DNA of 64,000 nucleotides from an uncultured Saprospiraceae bacterium (GTDB lineage: Bacteria > Bacteroidota > Bacteroidia > Chitinophagales > Saprospiraceae). The notes under the pieces were generated by a model. It made no database searches, was not told the DNA's origin, and was given only the letters and a program-made list of their open reading frames with translations. The first letter of the stretch is position 1; every line of letters starts with the position of its first letter. The translations under genes and the position numbers were made by a program. Positions 20,804 through 30,799 of the stretch are shown piece by piece. The stretch covers positions 68,878 through 132,877 of the forward strand of contig CAYTBT010000003.1 of NCBI GenBank assembly GCA_964436125.1. The letters run 5' to 3'.

Positions 20804-21819
20804 TATTTAAAGAAATAACTATATCCGCGCAAGATGCCGACATTGGGCCGCATCTGCATCTTCAACCAATCTCCCCGTGAAGTATGCACCCAGAAGCGCG
20901 GTATATTGGAATCATTGGTAGGATTGCCTTCTATACGATCAATAGCTTTAATATTCACTATGCTCTGTGTCGGCCACAAGCTTAAACTTATCGTGTCATT
21001 TTCCCCTTTTACCACAGTAAAGGTAGCAAATGGCTCTTTCTGCAATAAGGTATCAAGTCGTTCAAGATTGTTAAAATATGTCTCCCCAAATATTCTGTCA
21101 TATTGCTCGTAATAGCTTTCGGAAAGCTTCTGATCCAGTTTAGTCGATGCTTTGGGGAAATCGTACAAGCGCTCCACAGTGAAACTACTACCATTTTTAG
21201 TCATCGTAAAGGACTCGCTTTTAAACTGGGGATAATTCACGATAATCTTATGAATCTTATTCTTTTTATTCAATATAAGGTCCAGAGATCGATATTCAGG
21301 TACGCTGAACTGAAATACTTTCCGCGGTGAACCTACAAAGTTTTTAATTTCACAGAGATAAACACGCCCATCTTCTTTCTTAAAATAAGAAGAGGTCTGA
21401 TCGGTTGAATTGGGACCGATGAGAAATGCATTTACAATCTTATTGTTCTTATCTCTGAGCACAACTTTAATCGCACTTATTTTAAATGCCTCGATGAGAT
21501 ATGGGAGTTCGCCTTCTGTAGGAATAGAACGTATCTGAATATTTCTTATTGAATTCAAGAGATTGCTTATTGACCAGTCTCGAGCGATATATTTCCCATT
21601 CAAGATCCAGTTTCCGTCCTTTCTGTCTATCTTAATGACATCGCCTTCCCGATTTGCGACCATGATATGATAGACATCGCCGGCATTCCTTATTGAAAAA
21701 TCTCGCTCATCGTGAAGCTTAAACTTCTCGTTCACCACTTCATCTTTATTCATGAGATAATAGGTAACACCTCCTATAGCGAGGACGAGTAGGATTAAAA
21801 TTAAGGTATTTCGTTTCAT
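20803..21819 (-). CDS. DUF4340-like protein (GldG-associated)
   Basis: 338 aa with an N-terminal TM anchor. Its start overlaps the gldG stop by 4 nt. The family call rests on position and size. Confidence 0.55.
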   Translation of the reverse strand: MKRNTLILILLVLAIGGVTYYLMNKDEVVNEKFKLHDERDFSIRNAGDVYHIMVANREGDVIKIDRKDGNWILNGKYIARDWSISNLLNSIRNIQIRSIPTEGELPYLIEAFKISAIKVVLRDKNNKIVNAFLIGPNSTDQTSSYFKKEDGRVYLCEIKNFVGSPRKVFQFSVPEYRSLDLILNKKNKIHKIIVNYPQFKSESFTMTKNGSSFTVERLYDFPKASTKLDQKLSESYYEQYDRIFGETYFNNLERLDTLLQKEPFATFTVVKGENDTISLSLWPTQSIVNIKAIDRIEGNPTNDSNIPRFWVHTSRGDWLKMQMRPNVGILRGYSYFFK

Positions 21820-23516
21820 ATTTCTTTATTTACTGCATATTTTCGCTTACGCAAATACCGGTAAACGAGCCCAAATAAAAGCAAGACTACAAGAGGTAGC
21901 CCGATATTAAGTACTTGCCAGTATGTTTCTTCCTTCTGTGCTTTAATCACATTCAATAAACGGATTTCAACATCGCGATTCCGCGCCTTGAAAATACCAT
22001 TGGGATTAATCAGATACTCGACGGCGTTGAGGAGAAACTGTTTATTGGCATATAAGATTCCATTATATTTATTATAACCGGCTTCGCGATACTCCTTAGT
22101 AGCCGGATTAACTTCATTTTTGATGATATCGCCGTCTGTGACAAGAAGCATCCGCGTCGGACTACTCTTGGGTTTAAACTGCATGTCTAGCTCCCTTAAT
22201 CCTTCTGCCATTGACTTGGACACGCGATTCTGATACAAGGATGGAAACTCTCCCTCTAGCAATAAAGCCGTGGGATACGGACCTTTATCAAAAAGTGCCG
22301 GATCCGGCTTATACCGCAACATTTCAAATGTCATAGCAAATGGCACTCTCTGCAACCTGCTGTATCTGGAACTGAACAAGAAGGGTGTTTTCTTCACATT
22401 ATATTGTGTCTTCACGGTATCAAATGTGCTCGGACACTTTAGATTTATCAGATTGAGTGATTTAGTGATTTCTGTTTTGCCGGAAGGCACTATAACAGGA
22501 TGATAATACCAGTCAAAAAGCTTAATCTGTGGCTTATTCCCCTGCATACCGGTGGTAAGTGGTATCTGGGAGCAATTCAGATCGAGGATAACATCCTCAT
22601 TTAAACGGAAACCATAGTTAAAAAACATATCCTCAAGATTGAGGTTGATTACCTGAGGATAGAAAGCTCCTTCCTGCTTCATGCTATCGAGTGTAATATT
22701 GAGTTTATCAACAAGCCAGATAACTTTTCCCCCGTTCATGATGTATTGATCAATCATGAACTTCTTTTTCTCTGTAAATGCTTTTCTCGGCTTGGCTATG
22801 ATGAGGACTGCTACTTTATCATCGATATAATAGGTAGAATCTAGATTAATCACACCGGTACGATAATATTTTTCCAGGCTATTCCTCACGGATTCGATCT
22901 GGTATTCTGACAATTCCCCTTGACCTTGGGTAAACATCACTATGGGCTTTATAGCGAAGCTCGTATTCTGGAAGGCCTTGGCGAGTTTATATTCGAGAAG
23001 ATTAACCGAGTTATTCAGCGCTTTTTCTTGTCCTATTCCACCGCCTTGTGCCTGAAGCAAGTTCACATAACTAGTTCTATCGGCAACATTGAACTCTGCA
23101 TAAGGATACAGTAGTCGCTGTGTGCGTTCATCGTTTCTTACAATATTCACGGTTACAGGAAGTACATCCTTCTTGGACATAACCCTACGGAAGGCATTAA
23201 TTTCTTTCTGCGTACCTTTACTGGGATCGACAAATTCATATTCAATCGCCGATGGGTTAATCGATGCCATCTGCGCCATCATCTCTTCAGTAGCTTGTTG
23301 CAATCGCTTGAAGCTCGCCGGCATTTCTCCTTTTAAATAGATGCGGACATAAACATTCTTGTCGAGGTTACGCAAGACCTTCTTGGTAGGTTCCGTAAGT
23401 GTAAACCGTTTCTCTTCTGTCATGTCGATCTTCCCAAACCAGTACGATGCTATTATATTCACCAGGAAAACAAGTACAAGAGCTAGTATTGCTTGTATGA
23501 TATACTGTTTCTTCAT
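21816..23516 (-). CDS. gldG: Gliding-motility-associated ABC transporter substrate-binding component GldG
   Basis: 566 aa with N- and C-terminal TM helices around a large extracytoplasmic domain. It sits directly after gldF, which is the GldG architecture. Confidence 0.75.
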   Translation of the reverse strand: MKKQYIIQAILALVLVFLVNIIASYWFGKIDMTEEKRFTLTEPTKKVLRNLDKNVYVRIYLKGEMPASFKRLQQATEEMMAQMASINPSAIEYEFVDPSKGTQKEINAFRRVMSKKDVLPVTVNIVRNDERTQRLLYPYAEFNVADRTSYVNLLQAQGGGIGQEKALNNSVNLLEYKLAKAFQNTSFAIKPIVMFTQGQGELSEYQIESVRNSLEKYYRTGVINLDSTYYIDDKVAVLIIAKPRKAFTEKKKFMIDQYIMNGGKVIWLVDKLNITLDSMKQEGAFYPQVINLNLEDMFFNYGFRLNEDVILDLNCSQIPLTTGMQGNKPQIKLFDWYYHPVIVPSGKTEITKSLNLINLKCPSTFDTVKTQYNVKKTPFLFSSRYSRLQRVPFAMTFEMLRYKPDPALFDKGPYPTALLLEGEFPSLYQNRVSKSMAEGLRELDMQFKPKSSPTRMLLVTDGDIIKNEVNPATKEYREAGYNKYNGILYANKQFLLNAVEYLINPNGIFKARNRDVEIRLLNVIKAQKEETYWQVLNIGLPLVVLLLFGLVYRYLRKRKYAVNKEI

Positions 23517-23520
23517 TCTA

Positions 23521-24252
23521 TTACTGCTTTAAAATCCTAAGTGAGAGAATGTTCAAAAAGACAAAGAAGCCTGTAACCGATAAAAAATAAACCACATCAC
23601 GTGAATCGATAAGCCCCTTGGAGATGTTCTGATAGTGGAATTCTATTCCCATTTTCTGAATAAACATATCCCATGTGCCCAGGAAAATCGGTAATGTGCT
23701 CAGATAGTAAAATGCCAGGTAAAAAAAGAAACACAAGAAAGTAGCAAGCACAAAGGCAACAATCTGATTCCTCACCATGCTACTTGCAAATAATCCGATT
23801 GAAACAAATATCGCTGCGAGTAAAAACAATCCGATATAAGAACCTACGATTGCTCCTGAATCGAGATTTCCCTTAGGCATTCCGAGTTGATAGACAGAAT
23901 AGTAATAAATTATCGTCGGCAAGAGCATCAAGAGGACCAATGTAAGATTGGCCAGAAATTTCCCCAGGACAATCTGTGTGTCGCTGATCGGCTTTGTCAT
24001 CAGTATTTCTATCGTTCCGCTCCCTCTTTCCTCCGCATAAGAGCTCATCGTAATTGCCGGAATAATAAACAGTAGTAAAAAAGGCACCACGGCAAATAGT
24101 TGATTTAAACTTGCGTATCGATAGTTCAAGATGCTTGAATCAGGAAAAACCCACAGCATCAAGCCCAGTAGGGTTAAAAATATCCCTATGACAATGTAGC
24201 CTATTAAGGAGCTGAAATAATGCGATATTTCTTTGATGTAAATTCCTCTCAT
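23521..24252 (-). CDS. gldF: Gliding-motility-associated ABC transporter permease GldF
   Basis: 243-aa ABC-2-type polytopic membrane protein that overlaps the gldA stop by 4 nt. Confidence 0.75.
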   Translation of the reverse strand: MRGIYIKEISHYFSSLIGYIVIGIFLTLLGLMLWVFPDSSILNYRYASLNQLFAVVPFLLLFIIPAITMSSYAEERGSGTIEILMTKPISDTQIVLGKFLANLTLVLLMLLPTIIYYYSVYQLGMPKGNLDSGAIVGSYIGLFLLAAIFVSIGLFASSMVRNQIVAFVLATFLCFFFYLAFYYLSTLPIFLGTWDMFIQKMGIEFHYQNISKGLIDSRDVVYFLSVTGFFVFLNILSLRILKQ

Positions 24253-25175
24253 TGTTCTCCCTTTCTCGATTTAGTTAAGGCCTGGAAGACGTCTTCGACA
24301 TGCTGTTTCATCCGTTGCATTTCCAGGATACGCACATTGGTCCGTTTAACATGGTCATATAGTCTTGCTCTTATATCCTCTCTCCCGACAGCATGGATAT
24401 GAAATCGATTATTAGGTTTAATAATCACCTTATCTATAAATGAAATGCCATTAAAAAATGACTTATCCACCTGTTGATCAAGCTGTATATGGACAATCGT
24501 ATGCGTTTTCCCGGTGCCCGGATCAATCTCATCCAGCGGCGCATCGGCAACGATGTGTCCGTTGTTGATAATAATCACCCTTTCACAGAGCGCCTCAACT
24601 TCTTGCATAATATGGGAGGAAAAAAGGATAGTCTTATTCTTCCCTATTTCCCGTATCAAATCCCTGATTTCTACGAGTTGATTGGGGTCTAGTCCCGATG
24701 TAGGTTCATCGAGAATAAGCACCTGAGGATCGTGAATTAAGGCTTGGGCAAGTCCTAGTCGCTGCCTATAGCCTTTGGACAATGCTCGCACAATCTTGTG
24801 CTGCTCCTTTCTCAATCCGGTCAAGCCTATTACCCTATCGACTTTATCATTGACATTTTTTAAGTTGTGCAAGGATGCAATAAAGCGCAAGTATTCACGC
24901 ACATACATAGCATCGTACTGTGGATTATTCTCCGGCAGATAGCCGATATCTCTCCGTGTCTGAATCGGGTGCTCTGCGACATTTTTGCCATTAATAAAGG
25001 CTGCACCTGAAGTCGGTGAAATATAGGATGTAATAATCTTCATCGTGGTTGTCTTCCCTGCACCATTGGGGCCCAGAAAACCCACAATTTCACCTGTCTG
25101 AAGCTTAAAGCTTACATCATCAACCGCTTTCTGCGGTCCGTAAACCTTGCTTAATTCTTGTACTTCTACCGACAT
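24249..25175 (-). CDS. gldA: Gliding-motility-associated ABC transporter ATP-binding subunit GldA
   Basis: Walker A GPNGAGKTT, signature LSKGYRQRL and Walker B LILDEP. It is the first gene of the gldA-F-G run. Confidence 0.8.
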   Translation of the reverse strand: MSVEVQELSKVYGPQKAVDDVSFKLQTGEIVGFLGPNGAGKTTTMKIITSYISPTSGAAFINGKNVAEHPIQTRRDIGYLPENNPQYDAMYVREYLRFIASLHNLKNVNDKVDRVIGLTGLRKEQHKIVRALSKGYRQRLGLAQALIHDPQVLILDEPTSGLDPNQLVEIRDLIREIGKNKTILFSSHIMQEVEALCERVIIINNGHIVADAPLDEIDPGTGKTHTIVHIQLDQQVDKSFFNGISFIDKVIIKPNNRFHIHAVGREDIRARLYDHVKRTNVRILEMQRMKQHVEDVFQALTKSRKGEQ

Positions 25176-25199
25176 AATATTTTCAATTCTTTCAGATTG

Positions 25200-25958
25200 C
25201 TATGTACTGACATAACGTTCATCGATTAATCCTACCAGTTCATTAACGCTCATTGCATCATTTATGTGTAAATCCCCGATAGAAATTCGCCTTAATTGTG
25301 TGAGATAAGCTCCACAACCCAGTAATTGTCCCATATCATGAGCGAGCGAGCGAATATACGTACCTGAACTACAATTCACCCTAAATTTTGCAATATTATC
25401 TGAAAAGGATAAAATTTCAAGATTATGGATAGTTACCACACGCTTCTTCACTTTCAATGACTGCCCTTTCCGTGCATATTTATATAAGGGTTTCCCCTTG
25501 TGTTTTATTGCAGAGTACATCGGTGGTATCTGAACGATGTCACCGAGAAATTTTTTACTCACCGATCGAAGGCCTTCCAGGTCAATCTCAGACGGATCTC
25601 CGGAGCTTATTTTCTCCTGTTCAGCATCGTATGAAGCTGTTGTGTAACCGAGCTCCATTGCACCTTCATACACCTTATCCTGCCGCATAAAATTATCTTG
25701 TTCCTTGGTAGCTTTTCCCATTAACAGAATCAATAATCCCGTTGCAAGTGGATCCAGAGTACCGGCATGTCCTACTTTAAAACGCTTCTTTTGATATGCT
25801 CGACTCAAGGAACCACGCACTTTCTTCACAACATCAAATGATGTCCAGCCAAGCTCTTTATCTATTAATGCTATTGCTCCTGTGCGGATATCCCATTCCT
25901 CCGGATAAAATTCATCGGTATGATTGCTTGTTAATATCGGCGCTTTACTTTTATGCAT
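25200..25958 (-). CDS. truB: tRNA pseudouridine(55) synthase TruB
   Basis: Catalytic motif GHAGTLDPLATGLL, plus PPMYSAIK and GTYIRSLAHD. Confidence 0.9.
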   Translation of the reverse strand: MHKSKAPILTSNHTDEFYPEEWDIRTGAIALIDKELGWTSFDVVKKVRGSLSRAYQKKRFKVGHAGTLDPLATGLLILLMGKATKEQDNFMRQDKVYEGAMELGYTTASYDAEQEKISSGDPSEIDLEGLRSVSKKFLGDIVQIPPMYSAIKHKGKPLYKYARKGQSLKVKKRVVTIHNLEILSFSDNIAKFRVNCSSGTYIRSLAHDMGQLLGCGAYLTQLRRISIGDLHINDAMSVNELVGLIDERYVST

Positions 25959-26111
25959 AGGTAGATGGAATACAATTGAGGTTTATAGGATTATCTACTG
26001 CTGAATTTTCTTTTCCATGTCACATGACTTGGCTTCCACAATATATTTTTGCTTCCGCAAATGCGAAACACGACATACTACATCTCAACCTAGTAACTTA
26101 GATTATACCAT

Positions 26112-26384
26112 TCAGGACTTCTTAAAAATCGCATAGATTTCAATAATTAATCCCGCCAATATCACTATAGGTGCCAATGTAACCCGCCTGAAGCTATATA
26201 TCTTATCCGCATTCCATACATCTGGTGAGTCCATGCTGCCGCCCATCATCAATAAAAGTCCTACCAATATACATAAGGCACCTATTGCAATCCAGATATA
26301 GTTCTGTTTATTCCACAAGAGTGGCTCCGTTGAAGAGGAATGCGCCCTCGATGAAGTTCTTCTGTTTTCTTTTCGCTTGGCCAT
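26112..26384 (-). CDS. Small two-TM membrane protein (DUF3098-like)
   Basis: 90 aa with two TM helices. A gene of this kind commonly follows ftsX in Bacteroidota. The family name is given from memory of that synteny. Confidence 0.5.
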   Translation of the reverse strand: MAKRKENRRTSSRAHSSSTEPLLWNKQNYIWIAIGALCILVGLLLMMGGSMDSPDVWNADKIYSFRRVTLAPIVILAGLIIEIYAIFKKS

Positions 26385-26433
26385 ATTTTACACTTGAATT
26401 ATTGAGAGCAAAATTAACAAAAACTCCCAAAGC

Positions 26434-27285
26434 TTAAAAAATATCTTCCATCTGTATTTTAAGATAACGCTTTACCGTAAAATAAGTTACGATTAAATAG
26501 ATCAATACTCCCGCAAGAACAAGTGCTGCCAGGATAATAAATGTCCGATCCGTAGTATAAAAAGCTTGAAATACCGGCAACCAATGCCCCAGGACATATA
26601 AGCTCCCATAGATACCTATAGTTGCTAGAAGACCGCTTAAAAACCCTTTTAAGAATGCATTCCATAAAAATGGTCGTAGGATAAAACCGCGCTTGGCACC
26701 GACGAGCTCCATTGTCTTTATAACTTTCCGTTGTGCATTCAATGAGAGCTTTAAGGTGTTGTGAATGAGAACAAGAACACCTAAAATCAGTAGTACGCCC
26801 AGGATGAGAACAAGCCGTGATAAACGGTTCATATTCTTCCGCATCGGTCCAAATATGTTCTTCCGGAAGGATACAGATTTGACGAAAGTCCGCTCCTCAA
26901 GCTTCTTCTCTAGCATTGAGAGGGAAGTGTCTGTGTAAAATTCTGCATTTAAACGGAATACAATCGCATCATTAAAGGGATTTTCCATCCCCTCCAGAAA
27001 AAAGTCTTCTCCAAATTCATTCTCCATCTCCGCTAGAGCTTCTTCTCGCGAAATAAATTCTACACTCCCCTGCTTCACTGCCTCCATCGTATCCAAGACA
27101 GCAATAAAGTCCTCTATCGTCGCTTCTTCTGTATCGTCATCTAACTCAATGAGCAAGTCCATCTTTTCCTTGATGATATCAATAAAATACTCTGATTGTA
27201 AGCTCACAATGGCATACAAGCCGGTAAAATACAACATCACCGAGACACTGATAATAGCAAGGATATTCTGAGGTCTAAACTTCAT
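26434..27285 (-). CDS. ftsX: Cell-division permease FtsX-like protein
   Basis: 283 aa with an N-terminal TM helix, a periplasmic domain and three C-terminal TM helices including MELVGAKRGFI. Confidence 0.8.
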   Translation of the reverse strand: MKFRPQNILAIISVSVMLYFTGLYAIVSLQSEYFIDIIKEKMDLLIELDDDTEEATIEDFIAVLDTMEAVKQGSVEFISREEALAEMENEFGEDFFLEGMENPFNDAIVFRLNAEFYTDTSLSMLEKKLEERTFVKSVSFRKNIFGPMRKNMNRLSRLVLILGVLLILGVLVLIHNTLKLSLNAQRKVIKTMELVGAKRGFILRPFLWNAFLKGFLSGLLATIGIYGSLYVLGHWLPVFQAFYTTDRTFIILAALVLAGVLIYLIVTYFTVKRYLKIQMEDIF

Positions 27286-27573
27286 ATATATTAAACGAAG
27301 GACAAATATATAAGTATTCTGCCTAGTTTGAAATTTTTTCCTAGATTTAAACAGATGTACTCCCTCCGTAAAAAAGTAAAGCCTAGGTCCTATCTAATCG
27401 TCATCTCAAGTAAGAAGGGTAAGAAAAAAGAGCTCATACTAGCTTATCGCAGTTTAAGACTATGAAAAACAGGCTGGTATTCTAAAACTATAAAATCACC
27501 TTGGATAATCACGGATAATTCTTAACATTGCAGTAGATTTTCATCTACAATATCCGCTAGAAATCTGTATATT

Positions 27574-28143
27574 ATGAAAGCACTATATTTCTTCCTTTTC
27601 ACTTTATCGTGTACAGCTATTGAGGCTCAGTTCCTGAACAATCCTTCCTTTGAAGGCGAGCCTATGGACGCTGTAACTCCTGCCGGATGGAATCCATGCA
27701 ATGAAACTACAACTCCGGATATATTCCCCGGCGTCTGGGGCGTCTATCTCGAACCATCACACGGCAAGACATACGTAGGATTAATAACAAGAAAGGATGG
27801 TTCTGTTGAAACTATCGGTCAACGACTCCCGCAGACTTTAAAGGGCAATTCTTGTTATACCATTACCATGGACCTCGCCTATGCCAGGACTTATGCCGGC
27901 TATAATCATCCGTCCAAGTGTAAGATATGGTTAAGCAACCACCAATGCATCAAAGAAAAGCTCGTTGTAGAAACGCCTTTAATCACACACAATTACTGGA
28001 AAACTTATTCCTGGAAAATTTATCTGCCGGAGGATTACAATTACATTATTATTGAAGCTTATTATCCCGATGGTGAACACTATACCGAAGGGAATATTCT
28101 TATTGACAACATCCGACCGATAAAGAAATGTGATGGTGCATAG
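27574..28143 (+). CDS. Secreted hypothetical protein
   Basis: 189 aa with a signal peptide (MKALYFFLFTLSCTAIEA). No family recognised. Confidence 0.55.
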   Translation: MKALYFFLFTLSCTAIEAQFLNNPSFEGEPMDAVTPAGWNPCNETTTPDIFPGVWGVYLEPSHGKTYVGLITRKDGSVETIGQRLPQTLKGNSCYTITMDLAYARTYAGYNHPSKCKIWLSNHQCIKEKLVVETPLITHNYWKTYSWKIYLPEDYNYIIIEAYYPDGEHYTEGNILIDNIRPIKKCDGA

Positions 28144-28328
28144 CCGATCAAGATTTTATTAAATCATGCAATCAACAGGCATATAATAGACATCAACAGG
28201 CTCGGTCGTCCTCCACTTCTTGAATAAATAAGGTATTAAAAAAAGCTTAATCTAAACGCTTTTTCTTGACTTTTCTTACCTTCGGCCTGTTTTTCAATCC
28301 AAATATTCCGATTCAAAAAATAGGTCTG

Positions 28329-29618
28329 ATGATAACAAGTGTAATAATAACCTTCATCATAGGGTACTTACTTATAGTATTTGAACATCCTTTGAAATTA
28401 AATAAAACCGTACCTGCTCTCCTTATGGCAGGAGCGTGCTGGGCAATAATATCCCTCGGACATCTCGATGTATACATAGGGGTGAATGAGCAAGGGACAT
28501 TTGATTCAGTAATATTACACCACTTGGGGAAGACTGCAGAAATTCTTGTTTTTCTTATAGGAGCAATGACAATAGTTGAAATAGTTGACCTGCACAATGG
28601 ATTTGGATTAATTAAGAAGTGGGTAACGACCAAGGACAAGACAAAACTCTTATGGATAACAGCCTTTCTCGGCTTTTTTCTTTCCGCAGTCATTGACAAC
28701 TTAACGGCTACGATAGTCCTTGTTAATATCCTACGTAAACTTATCCCTGAACGCGAGGAGCGTATATGGTATGCGTCAATTATTGTCATCGCTGCCAATG
28801 CCGGTGGTGCATGGACTCCCATAGGAGATGTCACAACCACAATGCTGTGGATCGGCGATAAAGTAACCACTATACATCTTATTGATAAATTATTCATTCC
28901 GTCGCTCGTGTGCATCCTTATCCCGGTTTCAATCGCAAGTTTTTTACCGATTATGAAAGGAGAAATTAAAAGTTCTACTACCGGTGATGACGCCAATCTC
29001 CTGAGCACAAGCCGTCTTATGTTTTTCCTCGGCATCACTGCAATAGTCCTTGTGCCGATTTTTAAGGTTTTCCTACACCTACCTCCATACCTTGGCATGA
29101 TGCTATCGCTAGGCCTTGTGTGGACAGTATCAGAGTACCTGCATCCGGAAGAAATATTTGAGGCCAGTGAATCTGAACATTTCTCTGCACACCACGCATT
29201 AAGTAGAATTGATATGGCATCTATCCTCTTTTTCCTCGGTATTCTTATGGCTGTAGGAGCGCTAGAAGCTACCGGTGTTCTTCATCACTTTGCAGAATAC
29301 CTTAGAGAAGTTATTCCGGCAGAGGAAATTGTTATAATGTTACTCGGTTTTATGTCAGCAATTATCGATAATGTCCCACTTGTCGCAGCTACAATGGGGA
29401 TATACACCGTACCTACCGACCATGAGATATGGCACCTTATAGCATTTGCCTGTGGTACGGGTGGAAGTATGCTCATTATCGGATCTGCCGCAGGCGTCGC
29501 TGCTATGGGGCTAGAAAAAATAGACTTTATCTGGTACTTAAAAAAAATCTCCTGGCTTGCGGCACTCGGCTTTCTCGGTGGCTATATCTTGCTATGGGCT
29601 GTAGAGGTCGGTTTTTAA
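28329..29618 (+). CDS. nhaD: NhaD-type Na+/H+ antiporter (ArsB/NhaD permease superfamily)
   Basis: Polytopic membrane protein with FLSAVIDNLT and FMSAIIDNVPLV repeats. The start is taken at ATG 28329. Confidence 0.75.
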   Translation: MITSVIITFIIGYLLIVFEHPLKLNKTVPALLMAGACWAIISLGHLDVYIGVNEQGTFDSVILHHLGKTAEILVFLIGAMTIVEIVDLHNGFGLIKKWVTTKDKTKLLWITAFLGFFLSAVIDNLTATIVLVNILRKLIPEREERIWYASIIVIAANAGGAWTPIGDVTTTMLWIGDKVTTIHLIDKLFIPSLVCILIPVSIASFLPIMKGEIKSSTTGDDANLLSTSRLMFFLGITAIVLVPIFKVFLHLPPYLGMMLSLGLVWTVSEYLHPEEIFEASESEHFSAHHALSRIDMASILFFLGILMAVGALEATGVLHHFAEYLREVIPAEEIVIMLLGFMSAIIDNVPLVAATMGIYTVPTDHEIWHLIAFACGTGGSMLIIGSAAGVAAMGLEKIDFIWYLKKISWLAALGFLGGYILLWAVEVGF

Positions 29619-29988
29619 TCTACTTTTAAGCTATATTTTCTTGTGATCTACTTTCTTTTGTCCATCGGAACGGAGAAGTGTGACTTGTTTTATAATTTAC
29701 TCCGTCCTTGACGCAAGGTGTCCATAAGATTTACTATTGTTGCTTTATATACCGCAATGCTTCCATTTGATATGGGTCCTGAAGATTAACTGTCACGCCA
29801 GGCCTTACAGCAATGGCTTTACAATGAAGAAAAAGTCGCACTTGTAGATATAAGTGGAAAAGGTCTATTCAAGGCTGCTGAAATCCTTATTCTGAAAAGA
29901 ATCAAAAAAATTGTTGATACTTGCCTGGCACGGCCCACATGTATCCATCATTCACATGAATAATGTAACCTGGCCAATATAATTGCGT

Positions 29989-30693
29989 TTATAGCTCGTA
30001 ATTGGGCTTCAAAGTATTCTGAGCATCTTCGCCATAATAATCACTGATACAACTCACGGCTTCCTCAATATCATCGGTAAGCGTAAATAGATTCAAATCT
30101 TCTGCAGAGATATTCTGGAACTTTCCTAGCATAGTCCCCTTGATCCAGTCAATAAGACCACCCCAGAAATCCGTTCCAAATAAAACTACCGGCACTTTGG
30201 TTATGCTCTTGGTCTGTATTAAGGTAAGCACCTCAAATACTTCATCCATAGTGCCAAATCCTCCAGGCATTACCACAAATCCCTGCGCATACTTGACAAA
30301 CATCACCTTGCGAACAAAGAAATAGCGGTGGTACAAGATTTTATCAATATCAACCCACTGGTTGTTAAATTGCTCAAATGGCAAGGCTATATTAAGTCCC
30401 ACAGATACGCCATCATTTTCATAGGCGCCGCGATTGCCCGCTTCCATAATTCCCGGTCCACCACCTGTTATCACTCCGAATCCTTCATCGGTTAATCTAG
30501 CTGCAATTTCTACTGCTTTTTCATAGTAATAACTGCCTTCTTGTGTCCTGGCTGAACCGAATATCGATATGCATGGTCCTATTTTATTTAAGGTTTCAAA
30601 ACCTTCCACAAATTCCGACAACACCTTAAACAATGTCCATGAATTCTCTCCCTTCAACTGTGCCCAGCTCCTTGATTTGATTTTCTCTGCCAT
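29989..30693 (-). CDS. LOG family (TIGR00730) Rossmann-fold nucleotide-binding protein
   Basis: Motifs GGGPGIMEA and PGGFGTMDE. Confidence 0.85.
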   Translation of the reverse strand: MAEKIKSRSWAQLKGENSWTLFKVLSEFVEGFETLNKIGPCISIFGSARTQEGSYYYEKAVEIAARLTDEGFGVITGGGPGIMEAGNRGAYENDGVSVGLNIALPFEQFNNQWVDIDKILYHRYFFVRKVMFVKYAQGFVVMPGGFGTMDEVFEVLTLIQTKSITKVPVVLFGTDFWGGLIDWIKGTMLGKFQNISAEDLNLFTLTDDIEEAVSCISDYYGEDAQNTLKPNYEL

Positions 30694-30725
30694 ATTAAAT
30701 TCTTTCTTTATTCTCCTACAATAAA

Positions 30726-30750
30726 AAGCCCGTTCAAGTAGAACAGGCTT
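30726..30750 (-). terminator. Rho-independent terminator after the sigma-54 activator gene
   Basis: The minus-strand RNA is AAGCCUGUUC-UACUU-GAACGGGCUU followed by UUUAUUG. One pair is a U-G wobble only in the minus-strand sense. Confidence 0.65.
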
Positions 30751-30799
30751 CTTCCTTTATTGCTTTTCTACAATAAATATACAGTATTCTTTTCAATTC

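Noticed and set aside
28313-29098. 261-aa minus-strand ORF inside nhaD, and similar long antisense ORFs (49194..49961 in gpmI, 30969..32009 in the sigma-54 activator, 17923..18898 in the TPR/SPOR gene, 53251..53760 in the sulfotransferase, 60135..60746 in the MTase)
   Set aside because: Each lies entirely within a strongly supported gene on the opposite strand, and each has an Arg/Ile/Ser-rich shadow-ORF composition.
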